Shown here: one piece after another, positions 49,513 through 62,233 of the stretch
Numbering within the stretch: the first letter of the stretch is position 1
How the letters are laid out: each line of letters starts with the position of its first letter
NCBI GenBank assembly: GCA_017654855.1
Contig: CM030338.1
Span: 310,001 to 374,000 of the forward strand
Origin: Podospora anserina
Lineage: Eukaryota
DNA length: 64,000 bases
Direction: 5' to 3'
Position numbers and translations under genes: made by a program
Notes under the pieces: generated by a model
The model's database searches: none
The model's input: only the letters and a program-made list of their open reading frames with translations
Told to the model about the DNA's origin: nothing

Positions 49513-52500
49513 ATGGCGAACCTTCAGCAGCAAATCGAGGGGCATGTCTCGGGCCAAGCCAACGAGCCCCTTTCTCTCCCTGCCCACTGCCTTTCTGCCT
49601 CCCAGGTTGCTCAGGAACTCCAGACAGACCCGACAACGGGTTTGACCTCCCAGGAAGCAACTGAGCGCCTGGCCAGATATGGCGCCAACGACCTCGGCAA
49701 GGAAAAGGGTGTCAAGCCCCTCGAGATTCTCTTTGCCCAGGTCTTCAACGCCATGACCTTGGTACGTACGGTATCTTGCCAAAAGAGTCTAGCAGCAGAA
49801 CGCTAATCATCTCCCTCTAGATCCTCCTGCTAGCCCTTGCTGCCAGTTTTGGTATCCAGGCCTGGATCGAAGGGGGTGTGTTGGCTGGTCTGATCGCCAT
49901 CAACATTGTTATTGGCTTCTTCCAAGATCTTCAAGCTGCCAGAACCATTGCCTCTCTCAAGTCTCTCAACTCTGCCACCGCCCGCGTGGTCAGAGATGGC
50001 GCCACAACCACCATTGAAGCCAGCAAGCTGGTTCCCGGCGATATCATCGAGCTCAAGGTTGGCGACAGTGTCCCCGCCGATGCCCGCATCATCGAAGCCG
50101 TCAACCTTGAGGCAGATGAGGCGCTCCTCACTGGCGAAAGTGTCCCTGCCCGAAAGCACCCCGACGAAGTCTACCAAGATGCCGATACCGGCCCTGGAGA
50201 CCGTCTCAACATCGTTTTCTCGTCCAGCGTCTTGACCAAGGGTCGCGGAAAGGCCATTGTTTTCGCAACTGGCATGTTCACCGAGATCGGAGCCATCGCC
50301 GCCGCGCTCGATGATGATGGAACCAAGAAGCGGAAGCTGGAACGGGACGAAAACGGCAAGGCCTCGATCGGTGCCTACTTTTCTTTCGCTCTGGGAAAGA
50401 CATGGGACTGGATCGGCGCATTCCTTGGGGTTACAGTCGGTACCCCGCTCCAGCGGAAGCTGTCGCAGCTGTTTCACTATATCTTCATGTTTGCCATCGT
50501 GTGCGCCATCATCATTCTCGCGGCCAACAAGTTCAAGGCAAGAAACGATGTCATCATCTATGCCGTGGCCACAGCCATCGGTACCCTTCCGGTGACCCTG
50601 ATTCTTGTGCTCACGATCACCATGGCCGCTGGAACCAAGGTTATGGTGCAGCGCAACGTGGTTGTCCGCAACATGCGCTCTCTCGAAGCTCTCGGCGGCG
50701 TTACAAACATTTGCTCCGACAAGACTGGTACCCTCACCCAGGGCAAGATGGTAACCCGTATGGCCTGGATTCCCGGTTTCGGCACCTATTCGATTGACAC
50801 CAACGACGCCTACAACCCTGAGGCTGGAGCCATCACCTTCACCGACGCGGAGCCCCGGAACATGAGACGCTCTGCCGACAATGGAAGAGCCGTCAGCCCC
50901 AAGGACGAGTCTCACCCTTCCCTCGCTCACTACCTCGACATTGCCTCCCTTGCCAACCTGGCCAAGGTCATCAGATCAGACAACGAAGATGGTTCCAACC
51001 AGTGGAAGGCCAACGGTGACCCAACCGAGATCGCCATGCAGGTCTTTGCGACTCGCTTTGGCCGCTCCGGCTTGGGCATCGAGGCCGGTTCGGGTTGGAA
51101 GCAGCTGGCTGAGTTCCCCTTTGACTCATCTATCAAGAAGATGTCTATCCTGGCCGAGAGTGAGTCCACTGGCTTGGTGCACATCTTCACCAAGGGTGCC
51201 GTCGAGCGCGTTTTGTCTAGCTGTGTCTCCGTGTCTGTTGGCAACGATGACAGCACTGTTGCTCCCATGACCGAGGAGTTCAAGACCACCACCCTGGCCA
51301 ACATGGAAGCTCTTGCCCGTAGAGGTCTTCGCGTTCTCGCCCTTGCCAACAAGGGCGGTGTCAGACCTGTTTCGGAGGAGGAGTCCCGCCGTGGCCTGCT
51401 CAAGCGCGAGGAGTTTGAGCATGACTTGGTTTTCAGAGGCTTGGTTGGCATCTACGACCCGCCGAGACCAGAGTCACGGCCCAGTGTGTTCAAGTGCCAC
51501 GAGGCCGGCATCGGAGTTCACATGTTGACGGGTGATCACCCCGAGACCGCACGGGCTATTGCGATTGAGGTTGGCATCTTGCCTGCTAGGATGGAGCTCG
51601 TCAGAGCTGATATCGCCCAGGGACTGGTTATGGCCGCGCATGATTTTGACAAGCTATCGGATGACGAGCTGGACAAGCTGCCAGAGCTGCCTCTCGTGGT
51701 GGCCAGATGTGCACCCTCTACCAAGGTCAGGATGATCGACGCTCTTCACAGGCGTGGCAAGTTCGTTGCCATGACTGGCGATGGTGTTAACGACAGCCCC
51801 AGTCTGAAGAGAGCCGACGTTGGCATTGCTATGGGATTGGGTGGCAGTGATGTTGCCAAGTCGGCTTCTGACATTGTGCTGAGCGATGACAATTTCGCCA
51901 GTATTCTCAACGCTGTGGAGGAGGGCCGCCGTATCTTTGACAACGTCCAGAAGTTCATGCTTCACGTCTTGTCGGCCAACGTAGCTTTCGTCACCACATT
52001 AATGGTCGGTTTGGCTTACAAGGATTCCGCCGGCATCTCCATCTTCCAGATCACCCCAGTGGAGATCTTGTTCATGTTGCTGGTGGCTGGAGCCTTCACA
52101 GAGACTGGCCTCGGCTTCGAGTCTGCCTCCAAGCACATTCTCAAGAGACCCCCCCAGAGTGTAAGTTTTCTGCACCCTTCGTCGTTACGGTATCAACATG
52201 TGCAAGGAACTTTGACTAACATTTACGTGACAGCTCAAATACGGTGTCTTTACCCCCGAGTTCATCTCTGACTTGTTTGCCTACGGCCTCATCATGGCCA
52301 TTTGCCTGCTCACTGCCTTCATCGCCGTCATTTTTGGCATGTACGACGGCAACTTTGGTCACGACTGCAACCTGCGCTACTCGGAGTCTTGCGAAGGTGT
52401 CTTCCGCGCTCGCTCGACTTGCTACACGGCCATGATGTGGATTTTCGTCTTCTTCGCCTGGGAGCTCGTCGACAGCCGTCTTTCTTTCTTCCACGGCGCC

Positions 52501-52854
52501 TTCAACAATACAAAGAAGTGGGCCGACAAGTTGTGGAGAAACCCGTTCCTGTTTTGGTCAGTGATGGCTGGCTTCTTTTGCACGTTCCCGACGCTGTACA
52601 TCCCCGTGCTCAACGACCACGTATTCTTGCACAAGGGCATCGACAAGGAGTGGGGTGTTGTCTTTGGCGTGACCATCTTCTTCTTCTTGGCGGCCGAAAC
52701 ATACAAGTGGGGCAAGAGAAGGTACCTGAGGAAGAAGGGTGAGATGGTGAGGAAGGGCGAGGGGAGTTCGGAGGAAGACCTGGAGAAGAAGACGTTTGAG
52801 AGATTTTACTCGTCGGATAGCGATTATGCCAGCGCCGGGACAGAGAAGGCGTAA
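49513..52854 (+). CDS. P-type Na+/K+-efflux ATPase (ENA, type IID)
   Basis: TGES, DKTGTLT, GDPTE, KGAVE, TGDHP, GDGVNDSPSLK; ENA-like WELVDSRLSFF..LWRNPFLFW C-terminus; two introns. Confidence 0.93.
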
Positions 52855-53250
52855 GCATTTAGGTGTTGATCGTGGGTCTACCTACCACGTCGCCATTAAT
52901 ACTAGGTACCTAATATTTTGTTACCATTCCCAAAGCGTCCACTTTGCGTGTTTTGAATGCTGCGCCGCGGCCCAACAACGTGGTGTTGGTACCTTTGGTG
53001 GATACCCCTTGCACTGACAGGCCAACCAGTGGGTGCGAGCGGGACCTGGGAATATCCGAGGCACCAACGATACACTGCAAGACAGCGGCGCATGTTGAAG
53101 CTGACCATGCAGGGACGACCAAGCCGTCAAAGAGATTGTGAGTTGGCCCACAAGATGCTTCGCTTTATACACCACGACAACGCGCTGCTCCTCGATCATA
53201 CTCGCTCGTGTTGATTCTGCCAAACTTGTCTTCCTGACCGAAGCACCAAA

Positions 53251-54990
53251 ATGGGCCTCCTATCAACAGCCTTCTGGGCGGTTGCCAGTCCGATAGTTCT
53301 TTTCCTGGCATACACTTACCTTTCACTCCTTTGGAACTACATCGTCGCCCTTCAAATTGGCGTCCCGGTCCGAGCTATCCCCATCGAGCAGACCAACCCT
53401 TTCTGGATGATTATGGATAAGAAAGTCCTGGCCTTTCTGAAGCGATACCTGCCATTTTTGCGAGGCTCCAGCTTTGCGCGATTCAACTGGCGAGGGTTCG
53501 AGATCGTCGAGAGATACAAGCCGCATCATGAACTGGGAGATGTGTACATGGTCTCGACTCCTGGGAAGAACTGGTTGTACCTCGGTGACCCTGACTTGGT
53601 GACGGAGATGTTCAAGAGACGGAACGATTTTCCGAGATGTTCGAAGCTGACGGGTAAGTTTGAAAAGTCTTGGATGTCGAGTCGGGTTGATGCTAACCGA
53701 GGCTTTGCAGAGTCTCTGAACGTTTTTGGGACAAATCTGGGCACTGTTGACGCCGCGGAGTGGAAGCGGCAACGAAAGATTATTGCGACGTGCTTCACTG
53801 AGCAAACCAATGCTTTCGTGTGGAGTGATGCCGTTACTCGCGCCCGCGATATGCACCGTTACTGGACTTCAAAGCCGAGTTTGACGACAGCTGCCGACGA
53901 CCTTCGCACACTGTCTTTGGGCATCATGTCCGAAGTTGGATTCGGACAGTCATCCAAGTTTCAAGGTCATGGAGAACGGCTGGGAGCAAGCGGCACATCG
54001 ACGACCAGCTACAAGGACACACTGCAGGAGATTTTGGAGAACTGTGTCCTAATCATGGCGCTGGGGCCAGAGGTTCTTGCCAAGCTTGAAAGATGGCTTC
54101 CGAAGAAGCTGAAAAAGCTCCAGCATGCTTGCGTGGTGTTTCAGAGCCACATGACCAAAATGTACGAGGAGACAAAGGCCAAGGTTTCCAATCGGACCTC
54201 CTCTCAGACTTCGGCCGATTCGCGAAACTTCTTGACCTCATTGGTGCAAGCCTCACACGGGATGACATCGGAGGGTCTGACAGAAAAGCAAGTGTACGGC
54301 AATATGTTCATGTTGGCGTTCGCTGGCCACGACACGGTAGCACACACCTTTACCTTTGCCATGCTCTTCCTGGCAGGGTCTCCTGACGTTCAAGACTGGA
54401 TTTCGGAAGAGGTGCGGGCGGTTTTGGAAGACCGCGATACGAAGGATCTGGACTACGAAAAGGACTTCCCGCGTCTTCACCGATGTCTGGCTGTGATGTG
54501 CGAGACTATCCGTCTGTACAGCCCAGTTGCTTTGGCCAAGTGGACAGATTCGGCTGCACAAACGCTACAGGTTGGACAGAAGGCGATTGTTATCCCCGCA
54601 AACACCATGGTCATTCCCAGCTACTCTTGTCTTCACACTGACCCCAGATGGTGGGGAGAGGACTCCTTGACATGGCGGCCCTCGAGATGGATCAGGAAGA
54701 GCGGGCCGAAGGGAGAGGAGGAGCTGATAACACCTCGCAAAGGGACGTTTCTTGGCTGGTCCGAAGGCGTACGGGACTGCCCAGGCCGAAAATTCTCTAA
54801 GGTTGAGTTTGTGGCCACGATCGCGACACTGTTCAAAGATTGGAAGGTTGATCCAGTTCCTCTAGATGGAGAAAATCTGACACAAGCAAGGAAACGAGTA
54901 CTGGAGTTTATCGTGGAGGATGCTGCTCCCGTGCTGCTGTTGCAGATGAATCATCCCGAAAGAGTACCGCTGGTTTGGAAGAAGAGATGA
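53251..54990 (+). CDS. Cytochrome P450
   Basis: N-terminal anchor, FAGHDT I-helix, ETIR, WRPSRW, heme motif WSEGVRDCPG; in-frame 57-nt intron about 53654-53710. Confidence 0.92.
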   Translation: MGLLSTAFWAVASPIVLFLAYTYLSLLWNYIVALQIGVPVRAIPIEQTNPFWMIMDKKVLAFLKRYLPFLRGSSFARFNWRGFEIVERYKPHHELGDVYMVSTPGKNWLYLGDPDLVTEMFKRRNDFPRCSKLTGKFEKSWMSSRVDANRGFAESLNVFGTNLGTVDAAEWKRQRKIIATCFTEQTNAFVWSDAVTRARDMHRYWTSKPSLTTAADDLRTLSLGIMSEVGFGQSSKFQGHGERLGASGTSTTSYKDTLQEILENCVLIMALGPEVLAKLERWLPKKLKKLQHACVVFQSHMTKMYEETKAKVSNRTSSQTSADSRNFLTSLVQASHGMTSEGLTEKQVYGNMFMLAFAGHDTVAHTFTFAMLFLAGSPDVQDWISEEVRAVLEDRDTKDLDYEKDFPRLHRCLAVMCETIRLYSPVALAKWTDSAAQTLQVGQKAIVIPANTMVIPSYSCLHTDPRWWGEDSLTWRPSRWIRKSGPKGEEELITPRKGTFLGWSEGVRDCPGRKFSKVEFVATIATLFKDWKVDPVPLDGENLTQARKRVLEFIVEDAAPVLLLQMNHPERVPLVWKKR

Positions 54991-55322
54991 GCGGTTTGAT
55001 GGGAGCATAGGTTTATAGAAAGAGAGGGCTTTTGTCATTATATCGAGAGTCTCTCGCAAACCGCCGATATTTCTGTCCAAACGTTTTTTCCGCATGAAGG
55101 ACTGATGATATACGTCAAGCTTTTGCTATATTGTGATTTAGCATCCTTTATAGCAAGGAACACGTACGTGCATGGCATGTGCATTACGTACCATGATCCG
55201 GGCTGTGGTGACACTCGTTCATCCCCGCACACATCTCCCACTTCAACTTGCGTGCTCAATTTACGTTAGCTCGCTGACTTCGTTCAAGTCGAGAGGTTAG
55301 CAATTAGCAGGCACTAGTCAAA

Positions 55323-55911
55323 ATGGCGCTACTCAACGATGTTATTCCGGTTTTTTGCACTGCTGAAATCCGCGGGGATGTCCTGGACGAATTTTTCCGT
55401 GCTGCGTATAGTTCTCCAGAGTTTGTCAATGAAGGAATTCATGGTGACATCGGTGGGCTCTTGTATTCCACTACCTACTGTGAAATAAACCAGGCAATCT
55501 AATTCCTTTTGGGTCATGCCCATAGCGGTACTCATCCATGATACCAATACCGAAGGCATAACCCACCCAACAAACCCACCTGTTTCCAAACCGACCTCTT
55601 GCCCCTTCAAGAACAAGACGGCTGAGGAGATCTGGGATTTCGCACAAGAAAACCTGCGTTACCCCATTTTCAACCGTGCCATCGCCATACTTGACGAGCA
55701 AACAGTCGTTGACAAGGAAACATGCTTGCTCGTAACTACTTGGGAAAACCCCCCGTCAGAACAAGAGAACGGGTCTGCGTTGTTGACCGTCAGGTCAGAC
55801 TTTCGATCAGCACTAGTGATCCTCAACATCAAAAACTTGGGCATTGGAGGGGACGAGCACTTCAAGAATGGCAAAGATGCGAAGGGTGTGATCCGCCTTT
55901 ATCGGAGATAA
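55323..55911 (+). CDS. Small hypothetical protein
   Basis: MALLNDVIPVFCTAE exon joins ORF 55516-55911 in frame through intron 55453-55525 (GTGGGC..CTAAT..TAG). Confidence 0.6.
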
Positions 55912-56065
55912 GATGGAGGCCAATAATACTAGATCCACGATCAAAGGTGTGGAACCTACGTCGCCCTTCCAGTGTTGATAGCTTTTGGATACACGTTTCA
56001 TTTGTTTGTTTACATTGTGTCCCCTGAGCCCCTGGACCCTTACCCCTAATTTTAGACCCACGAAT

Positions 56066-58403
56066 TCAAAAATGAAACTCCGGCCAATATATCCCCCCTC
56101 CCTGCTGAAACAAAAGATCGGAACTCGACGGGTCCTCCAGGAATTGCATGCCCATAGCCGGCTGCATGAGAAATTCTTCCAAGGACGGTTCGGCAAGAGC
56201 AACTTCAGCAGTCACTTCCAGCCCGCCCATGTCAGGCATCTGATCCCTATCCTCGGTGTGCGGTACGCCAAAGTGACCCGGGGCCCCATGTCCCATGTAA
56301 GCATTTACATCGTTACTTGGACCAGCCATATCAACTCGAGAGTTCTTCTCTTCTGTCTTTTTGATCGTTTCCATCATCAGCTTAACATGGCGGTAGTACT
56401 CTCTTGCGGGAAAGTTGCCGCTGTCTTTGAGTTGAGACATTAGCTGGGCTGCATCCTCGAAGCACTCCCTGTCACTGGCGCTGTCCTCGTGATCGAGAAG
56501 ACTGGACACGGCGAGGACGGTGAGTGCTGAGAATAGGCTCTGTGTCAGGTCGTGGTACAAGGCCGGAAAAGCACCGTTGACCCAGCTTTCGGACAGGATG
56601 CGGTAGGAATGACGGGCACATCGAATACAAGTGTCGATGAGTGTCTTGGCGGAGGCGGGAATCGGCTTTGGTGGTGAGCTGCCGGCGTGGAGACGCAGAC
56701 CGTAGAGGAGGATTGGACGGGTGGCTACGATGATGGTCTGTAAAACACGGGGTCGGTCTAAGTAAGGTACCTCCATATTACTCGAGAGAGAAGCACTTAC
56801 CGCATTGAGTTTCAGGTGCAAGGAAAGCATGTCATAATTTGGGTAGGAAGATGTCGTGGTGCTAGTGGTGACCATGTGTAAAGCTGGTGGCAGTTCCTCC
56901 ACCCAAGCCTTTAGCTCTTTCAGCCGTTGCTGCACCTTTGTAAAGAGATCGGCTGGTTGATCCTTTCCGCCGTAGATGGACTGTACGACCTTCATAGAGA
57001 TGGTAGCCAACTTGGCGTATGCGATGTAGTACCCGGCGTCGCTAAAGTCTCCGTTGGTCGGGACGTCCTTTTCCACCAGCTTGTTGGACGGCATGTCCAC
57101 CCTGATGTCTTCGTCCTGGATCGAAGGGAGACAGCCAAGGGTAGCCGCCCATGACCGATCCAGGATGTAAGCCGTCCACCATACTCTGACTCGGTGTTCA
57201 CGGAGAACAGGATCTGGAAGTTGCGTCGGGGGTATGTTGAGATGAAGACCCAAGAGAACAGCCATCCGGACGGCGCTGCCTGCAAAGGTATAGGAGGCAT
57301 AGATGCGGTTGAGTGTGAATGAGTAGACTGACTGATCATAGCACCAGTCTGTTAGCGCTGTAGGCCGTTCTCAAAGTGTATGAGCCTACCAATATCAGAC
57401 GTATCTCGATAAAGTCCATGGTCGGGTGTTCTCCAAGATAGCTCAGGACTTTTGTCGCTTGTGCAAAATGACCCAAGCCAGGGAACGCCTGACCCGGAGG
57501 AACGAATCTAGAGGAACACAGCTCGCCAAGAGCAAAGAGTGCCCTCAGCTTGCCAGCCATGATCGGATCCCTCCAGTTTGGATCGGTAAGGCTGTTTTCC
57601 AACGCTCGCAACACCTCACCTGGACGCACAATATACAGACATCTGCTCGCGTGCATCAATGCGACGTTCATGATCAGACGGGCGCGGGAGGGTTTCGGCC
57701 AAGGCCAGGGTGTCTCGGCCAACGACATGATGGTGTCATCACCAGCGTACTCGTTATGTGGAACATGGGAGAATTGAAGGTCACTCGGATCTGAAAGAGC
57801 CTGTCTGAACCTCGTTGCAAATGCTGTGTCGGCCGCCTCGTTGATTGGTTTCGGTGTCTGGGGAAGATCGATGTCCAGGAACCACGGCTGCGCATCAGTC
57901 GAGCCATGAAGGGCAGTTGTTGAATCCGGGACAGCGAAGGGCCCAGTTGAGCCGCGATCCCGGCTGGGGCCTTGCTCTTCCTGAGCTGCCGATGGTGTAC
58001 TGACGCTGGATTCACCGCCACTAGGTGGGACTTCTGCTCTATGTGTAAGTTGAGCGCGCAGCCGCTTGTTCTCACCTTCGAGTTGCTTGATATATCTAGA
58101 CCGAGATGTAAGCCCGGTTGCTGGTTGAAAAGTTGCATCAAGGGTTGGGATTGCCAGCAAACCTTTCATCGACCCGGACTCGTCTATTTCGATTGGGATA
58201 GATGCACTCTAACTTTGACTTCTTGCAGTTTGTGCAGGGCTGTTCACCGGAGCATTTGACCTTCCGAGAATGGCAGCGATGGCATCTGGAGATGTGATAT
58301 CAGTGGAAAGGTCCAAAAACGGGCACAATAAGGGGTGGGGGGGGGCTGACGCTGTTGACTTGATCTTCGGAGCTAAGGTCCCGTCATTCTCTCGGTCACC
58401 CAT
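56066..58403 (-). CDS. Zn2Cys6 transcription factor with fungal-specific TF (Fungal_trans) domain
   Basis: CHRCHSRKVKCSGEQPCTNC near 58225-58285; AVRMAVLLGLH..EHRVRVWWTAYILDR motif; several introns. Confidence 0.9.
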
Positions 58404-58717
58404 TTTCTCTCTGTGCCTGTATCCAACACGGCATTTGGCCGGTCGTTGTCATGTGCTGGCCCGATGCTATCTTCATCTCGGCGCGGGCCTGAGTGCAGCA
58501 TCCGATGCTCGGAGCCGACAGTGACAGGGCACGTCCCGCCGTGGATCCAGTTCTCGACTTGTTGGCAAGTTGAGTCAGACAGTATCCGTAGACTTGGGCC
58601 TTAAAAGTAGGGCTTATCGGTAGCCTCCCAGCGTGTTATCGCCTGTGGTCTAGGCCTGGGCCCTGGCTCGTTTGGTTGCAGTGAGAACGACGGTGTGTCT
58701 TGACCGTCTCCACCACA

Positions 58718-58819
58718 TCGGCAAAAGAACTTTTGCCGACCACGCTGTTTTCGGCAAGGGTGCTGTGGCCGAGCACTTCACGAACTTCAATATCACTCGG
58801 CACACTGCAAGTATGCCGA
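58718..58819. promoter_or_regulatory. Three TCGGC-N12/13-GCCGA inverted repeats, putative Zn2Cys6 binding sites
   Basis: 58718-58739 (perfect 10-bp arms), 58751-58772 and 58797-58819, within the divergent TF/MFS promoter. Confidence 0.6.
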
Positions 58820-59076
58820 ACTATGGATAACGGTGAGAAAATGATGCATGAGCACTACGGCAAAAGGCCTGTAAAAAATTCGTAAGAAGCACTCATCATG
58901 TGTCCCAAGGTCGACGAGATGAGCTCGGTAATGACGTGTTCAGACATTGACGTTCCAAAGGAACTGTATTTAAAGTCTTGAACCAGCGTCGATCATGATG
59001 ACTCTCTTGCCACAGTTTTGTATCATCATCTAGTCTTTTCTCTACATAGGGGGCACCAGGCTCGTCAACCATCACC

Positions 59077-60555
59077 ATGCCCTCGTCTCTTTCTGATAGC
59101 AATGAGCTTGGCATCACCAAGCACGCCAAACACGGTGGGTGCGCCGTCAAGGTCAACACTGCTCCATACGTTAACCCTACCAAAGAATCACAATCCTCCC
59201 TTCTCAAAAGATTTGTCAGAAGCAATCGATGGACGCCACCATGGTGTCGCCAACAACAAGGGCGGGAATTTAGATACAATTCTGGTATTGTCTTGCTATC
59301 CGCCTTCGCCAGCGCCGTGGCGGCCGCCAACTTGTACTACACCTATCCTGTCCTCAACAAAGCCGCCGACGATTTTGGTGTCAGCTATGAAAAGGCCGCT
59401 CTCATTCCCCAGCTGTTGCAGGGCGGGTACGGCCTCGGCATCCTATTCCTCTGCCCCCTCGGGGACGTGTTTCGACTCCGGCCCCTCATCATCACCCTGA
59501 CCCTTGCAACCACTTGCACTTGGCTCGGGTTGTGTTTAAGCTCCAACTTTGAGCTCTTCACCACCCTGAGCTTCCTGACTGGCTTTGTGACGGTGAGCCC
59601 TCAAATTCTACTCCCACTCATTGGCACACTCGCGCCACCGGCACAACGAGCCACGGCTGTCTCCCTCGTCTTGGCCGGCATGATGATGGGCCTGGCAGTC
59701 CCTCGTGTCGTCGCTGGCATCGTCACGCAATATACGCCCTGGCGTAACATCTACTGGGTTGCTCTCGGCCTCCAGTGCATCCTTGTTGCCCTCATGTGGC
59801 TTTTCTTCCCCGACTATCCACGACCAGACCCCAACAACACCCAGACCTTCTCCCGCAAATACATGAATATTCTGGGGAGCATCATCCGCATGATGGTCAC
59901 ACAACCGGTTCTGGCCTACGGCTGTCTTGTGACCTTCCTGGTCAACGCTGTTCAGGCATCCTTCTGGACAACTCTGACAGCCCACCTCGCCGGCCCACCC
60001 TTCCACTTTGGACCCCTCCACATTGGCCTCTTTTCCATGATCGGCATCGGCACCACCATCCTGATCCCTGTGTACGCTCATTTCGTGATTGAACGGTTTG
60101 CGCCTTGGTTTTCGACCATCAACGGACTGTTGCTGACCATCGTGACGGTTGCCTTGGACTGCTACACCGAGAATGTGCTGAAGATCGGGGGGCCTATACT
60201 GCAGGCATTGGGCGTCGACTTTGGGGTACAGTTGGGAAGTGTGGCCTATCGAGCGGCTGTGTACAAGGAGCTGCCGGCCAATCGGGCCAACGTTATTTTT
60301 ACCGCCTGCGCATTCATCGGACAGCTGGTTGGTACCAGCATCGGGAACACTGTATATGCCAGGAGCGGTTGGTCAGATGTTGGAATTTTCCACATTGCGT
60401 TTGCTTTGGTGACGATGGTGGTTATATTTTTGAGGGGGCCAAAGGAAAAGGGGTGGTTTGGATGGACAGGGGGAGCTGGGCTGCGGTTGGAAAATGGTGG
60501 TTCGAAACAAAAGGAGGAGGGTTCCGAGTCGGATGACAATTCGGCAAAAGTCTGA
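59077..60555 (+). CDS. MFS transporter
   Basis: About 12 hydrophobic segments; AANLYYTYPVL and LCPLGDVFRLRP loop motif; intronless 492 aa. Confidence 0.9.
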   Translation: MPSSLSDSNELGITKHAKHGGCAVKVNTAPYVNPTKESQSSLLKRFVRSNRWTPPWCRQQQGREFRYNSGIVLLSAFASAVAAANLYYTYPVLNKAADDFGVSYEKAALIPQLLQGGYGLGILFLCPLGDVFRLRPLIITLTLATTCTWLGLCLSSNFELFTTLSFLTGFVTVSPQILLPLIGTLAPPAQRATAVSLVLAGMMMGLAVPRVVAGIVTQYTPWRNIYWVALGLQCILVALMWLFFPDYPRPDPNNTQTFSRKYMNILGSIIRMMVTQPVLAYGCLVTFLVNAVQASFWTTLTAHLAGPPFHFGPLHIGLFSMIGIGTTILIPVYAHFVIERFAPWFSTINGLLLTIVTVALDCYTENVLKIGGPILQALGVDFGVQLGSVAYRAAVYKELPANRANVIFTACAFIGQLVGTSIGNTVYARSGWSDVGIFHIAFALVTMVVIFLRGPKEKGWFGWTGGAGLRLENGGSKQKEEGSESDDNSAKV

Positions 60556-61685
60556 TGTTGTTTTGATTGTATGATGGTATAGATAAAAGTTTTTGGGTGT
60601 CTTTGGGGTCTTTAGCGGGTTTATAATGATAATGAAGAAGACGGTGAAAAGTAATGGGTTAGGGTGAAAAACGTCCAGGATCTCCATGTTCACGAAGGGG
60701 CAGGAAGTGATTGGTTACAGTTTGACGAGCTCCAGGGTGCCTATGAAGACTGTGTAGTTTCTAGGGGTGGAATTAGGCACCTTGGGCGGATCATCAAAGA
60801 AGTGTTATCAAACTTGATCTGGCAAGCCAGGCCCAATGTGGAGGCAAGGAGTCAAGTGGTCAATGCAGCCATGGTTGGAGGCTTGCAAGACAAGGAGCAA
60901 AGGCGAGCAATTAGGGTAACAGTATAGTTATAGCCACGGCCAATCTACACTATACTGCACTTGGGGGCTCTCTTATGATTATTGTCCAACTTTGTGCATG
61001 TTAGTGTACCTGGGTAGGTAAGATAAGGTACGTATCCATCATACTAGTAGCAGCCAACAACATGAAACGAAGACACGATGCTACACCAAACCTCCAGGGT
61101 CACACGAAACACCCTACTGTATACTCAGATGAGCAATATCTTTTTTCTTCAGCACTTTCATGTGACATGATGGTGTGCTAAAGATCCTTCCGTCCTGTCA
61201 CCAACTGCACTGCTAGTAGCCATGGATAACCTTGGGAGTGTTGGGTGAATGCAACCTTCAACCAACAAAGACTCACCAGGTGTCTGAATACCGCGTATGG
61301 GAATTAGCCATCCGGTCTCCATAATGGTTATAACTTTCGATACTGCCACCAACAAAATTTAGTCAACTCTTGGTATACCCAGTTCATTAGCCCTGCATGA
61401 TCAAGCGTATTCGGCTGGCCTCCAGCATCCACTGTTGGTTTCTCCAATGTCACTCTCCAATACCATTCCAATGGATGTTGGGGTTTACCAAGAAAAGTCG
61501 GTGAATCTTAGACATGGCTGTTGGCAATTATGATGCAGCTTGGCTCATGCTGCGTGGCTGTAAGGTATCGGGAATGCCAGAAGGATTGAGACTCGTGATA
61601 CATATAATGGCCCGGGGGCCGCCGAACTATCTTTGCCTACTGAGTCCATCACCTCTCTGCTTCCACCGCTTCCTTGACACTCACC

Positions 61686-62233
61686 ATGAAGTTCTCGACA
61701 CTCTCTGGTATCACAACCGTGCTCCTGACTGAGATTGGTGGCGCTCTTGCTCAAGGTGGTGGTTTCTTCCAAAGTTGCAACCAGGATTGGTACATGGAAG
61801 GTGACCGATACATGGTGGCGACATGCAGAACCAAGAGTGGTGGTTGGAGGCGGACAAGGCAAGACATGAACAAGTGCATCACCAACCTCAACGGGAATCT
61901 GCTCGCGTGGAATATGTAAGCTGATGGCCATGTTTGTTTGAATTTAGTTCAGTACTGACATGCAAGCGTCTAGGGGTGGTTACCATCCTACATGTGGCAT
62001 GTGCAGCCAAGGCGGCCTCCAATATGACGGAGCACCAAAGAACAGTCGGTTGAACTGCATGTGCATCAATGCCGCTGGTCAGCAAGACTGGAGTGAGCTT
62101 GAGCTGAGTAAAGGGTTCCTCGATTGATGACATTCCAATGGAGACTTGCAAACTGACCATGTGATCAGACAATTTCGTTTCCAATGAGGATGGACATCTA
62201 TGGTGCTTTGGCCATTGGGCCCCCGAATACTGA
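61686..62233 (+). CDS. Small secreted Cys-rich protein, cyanovirin-N homology (CVNH)-like
   Basis: Signal peptide; GFFQSC..ATC..DMNKCITNLNGNL, and a second half repeat LNCMC..FVSNEDGHL; two introns. Confidence 0.75.
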
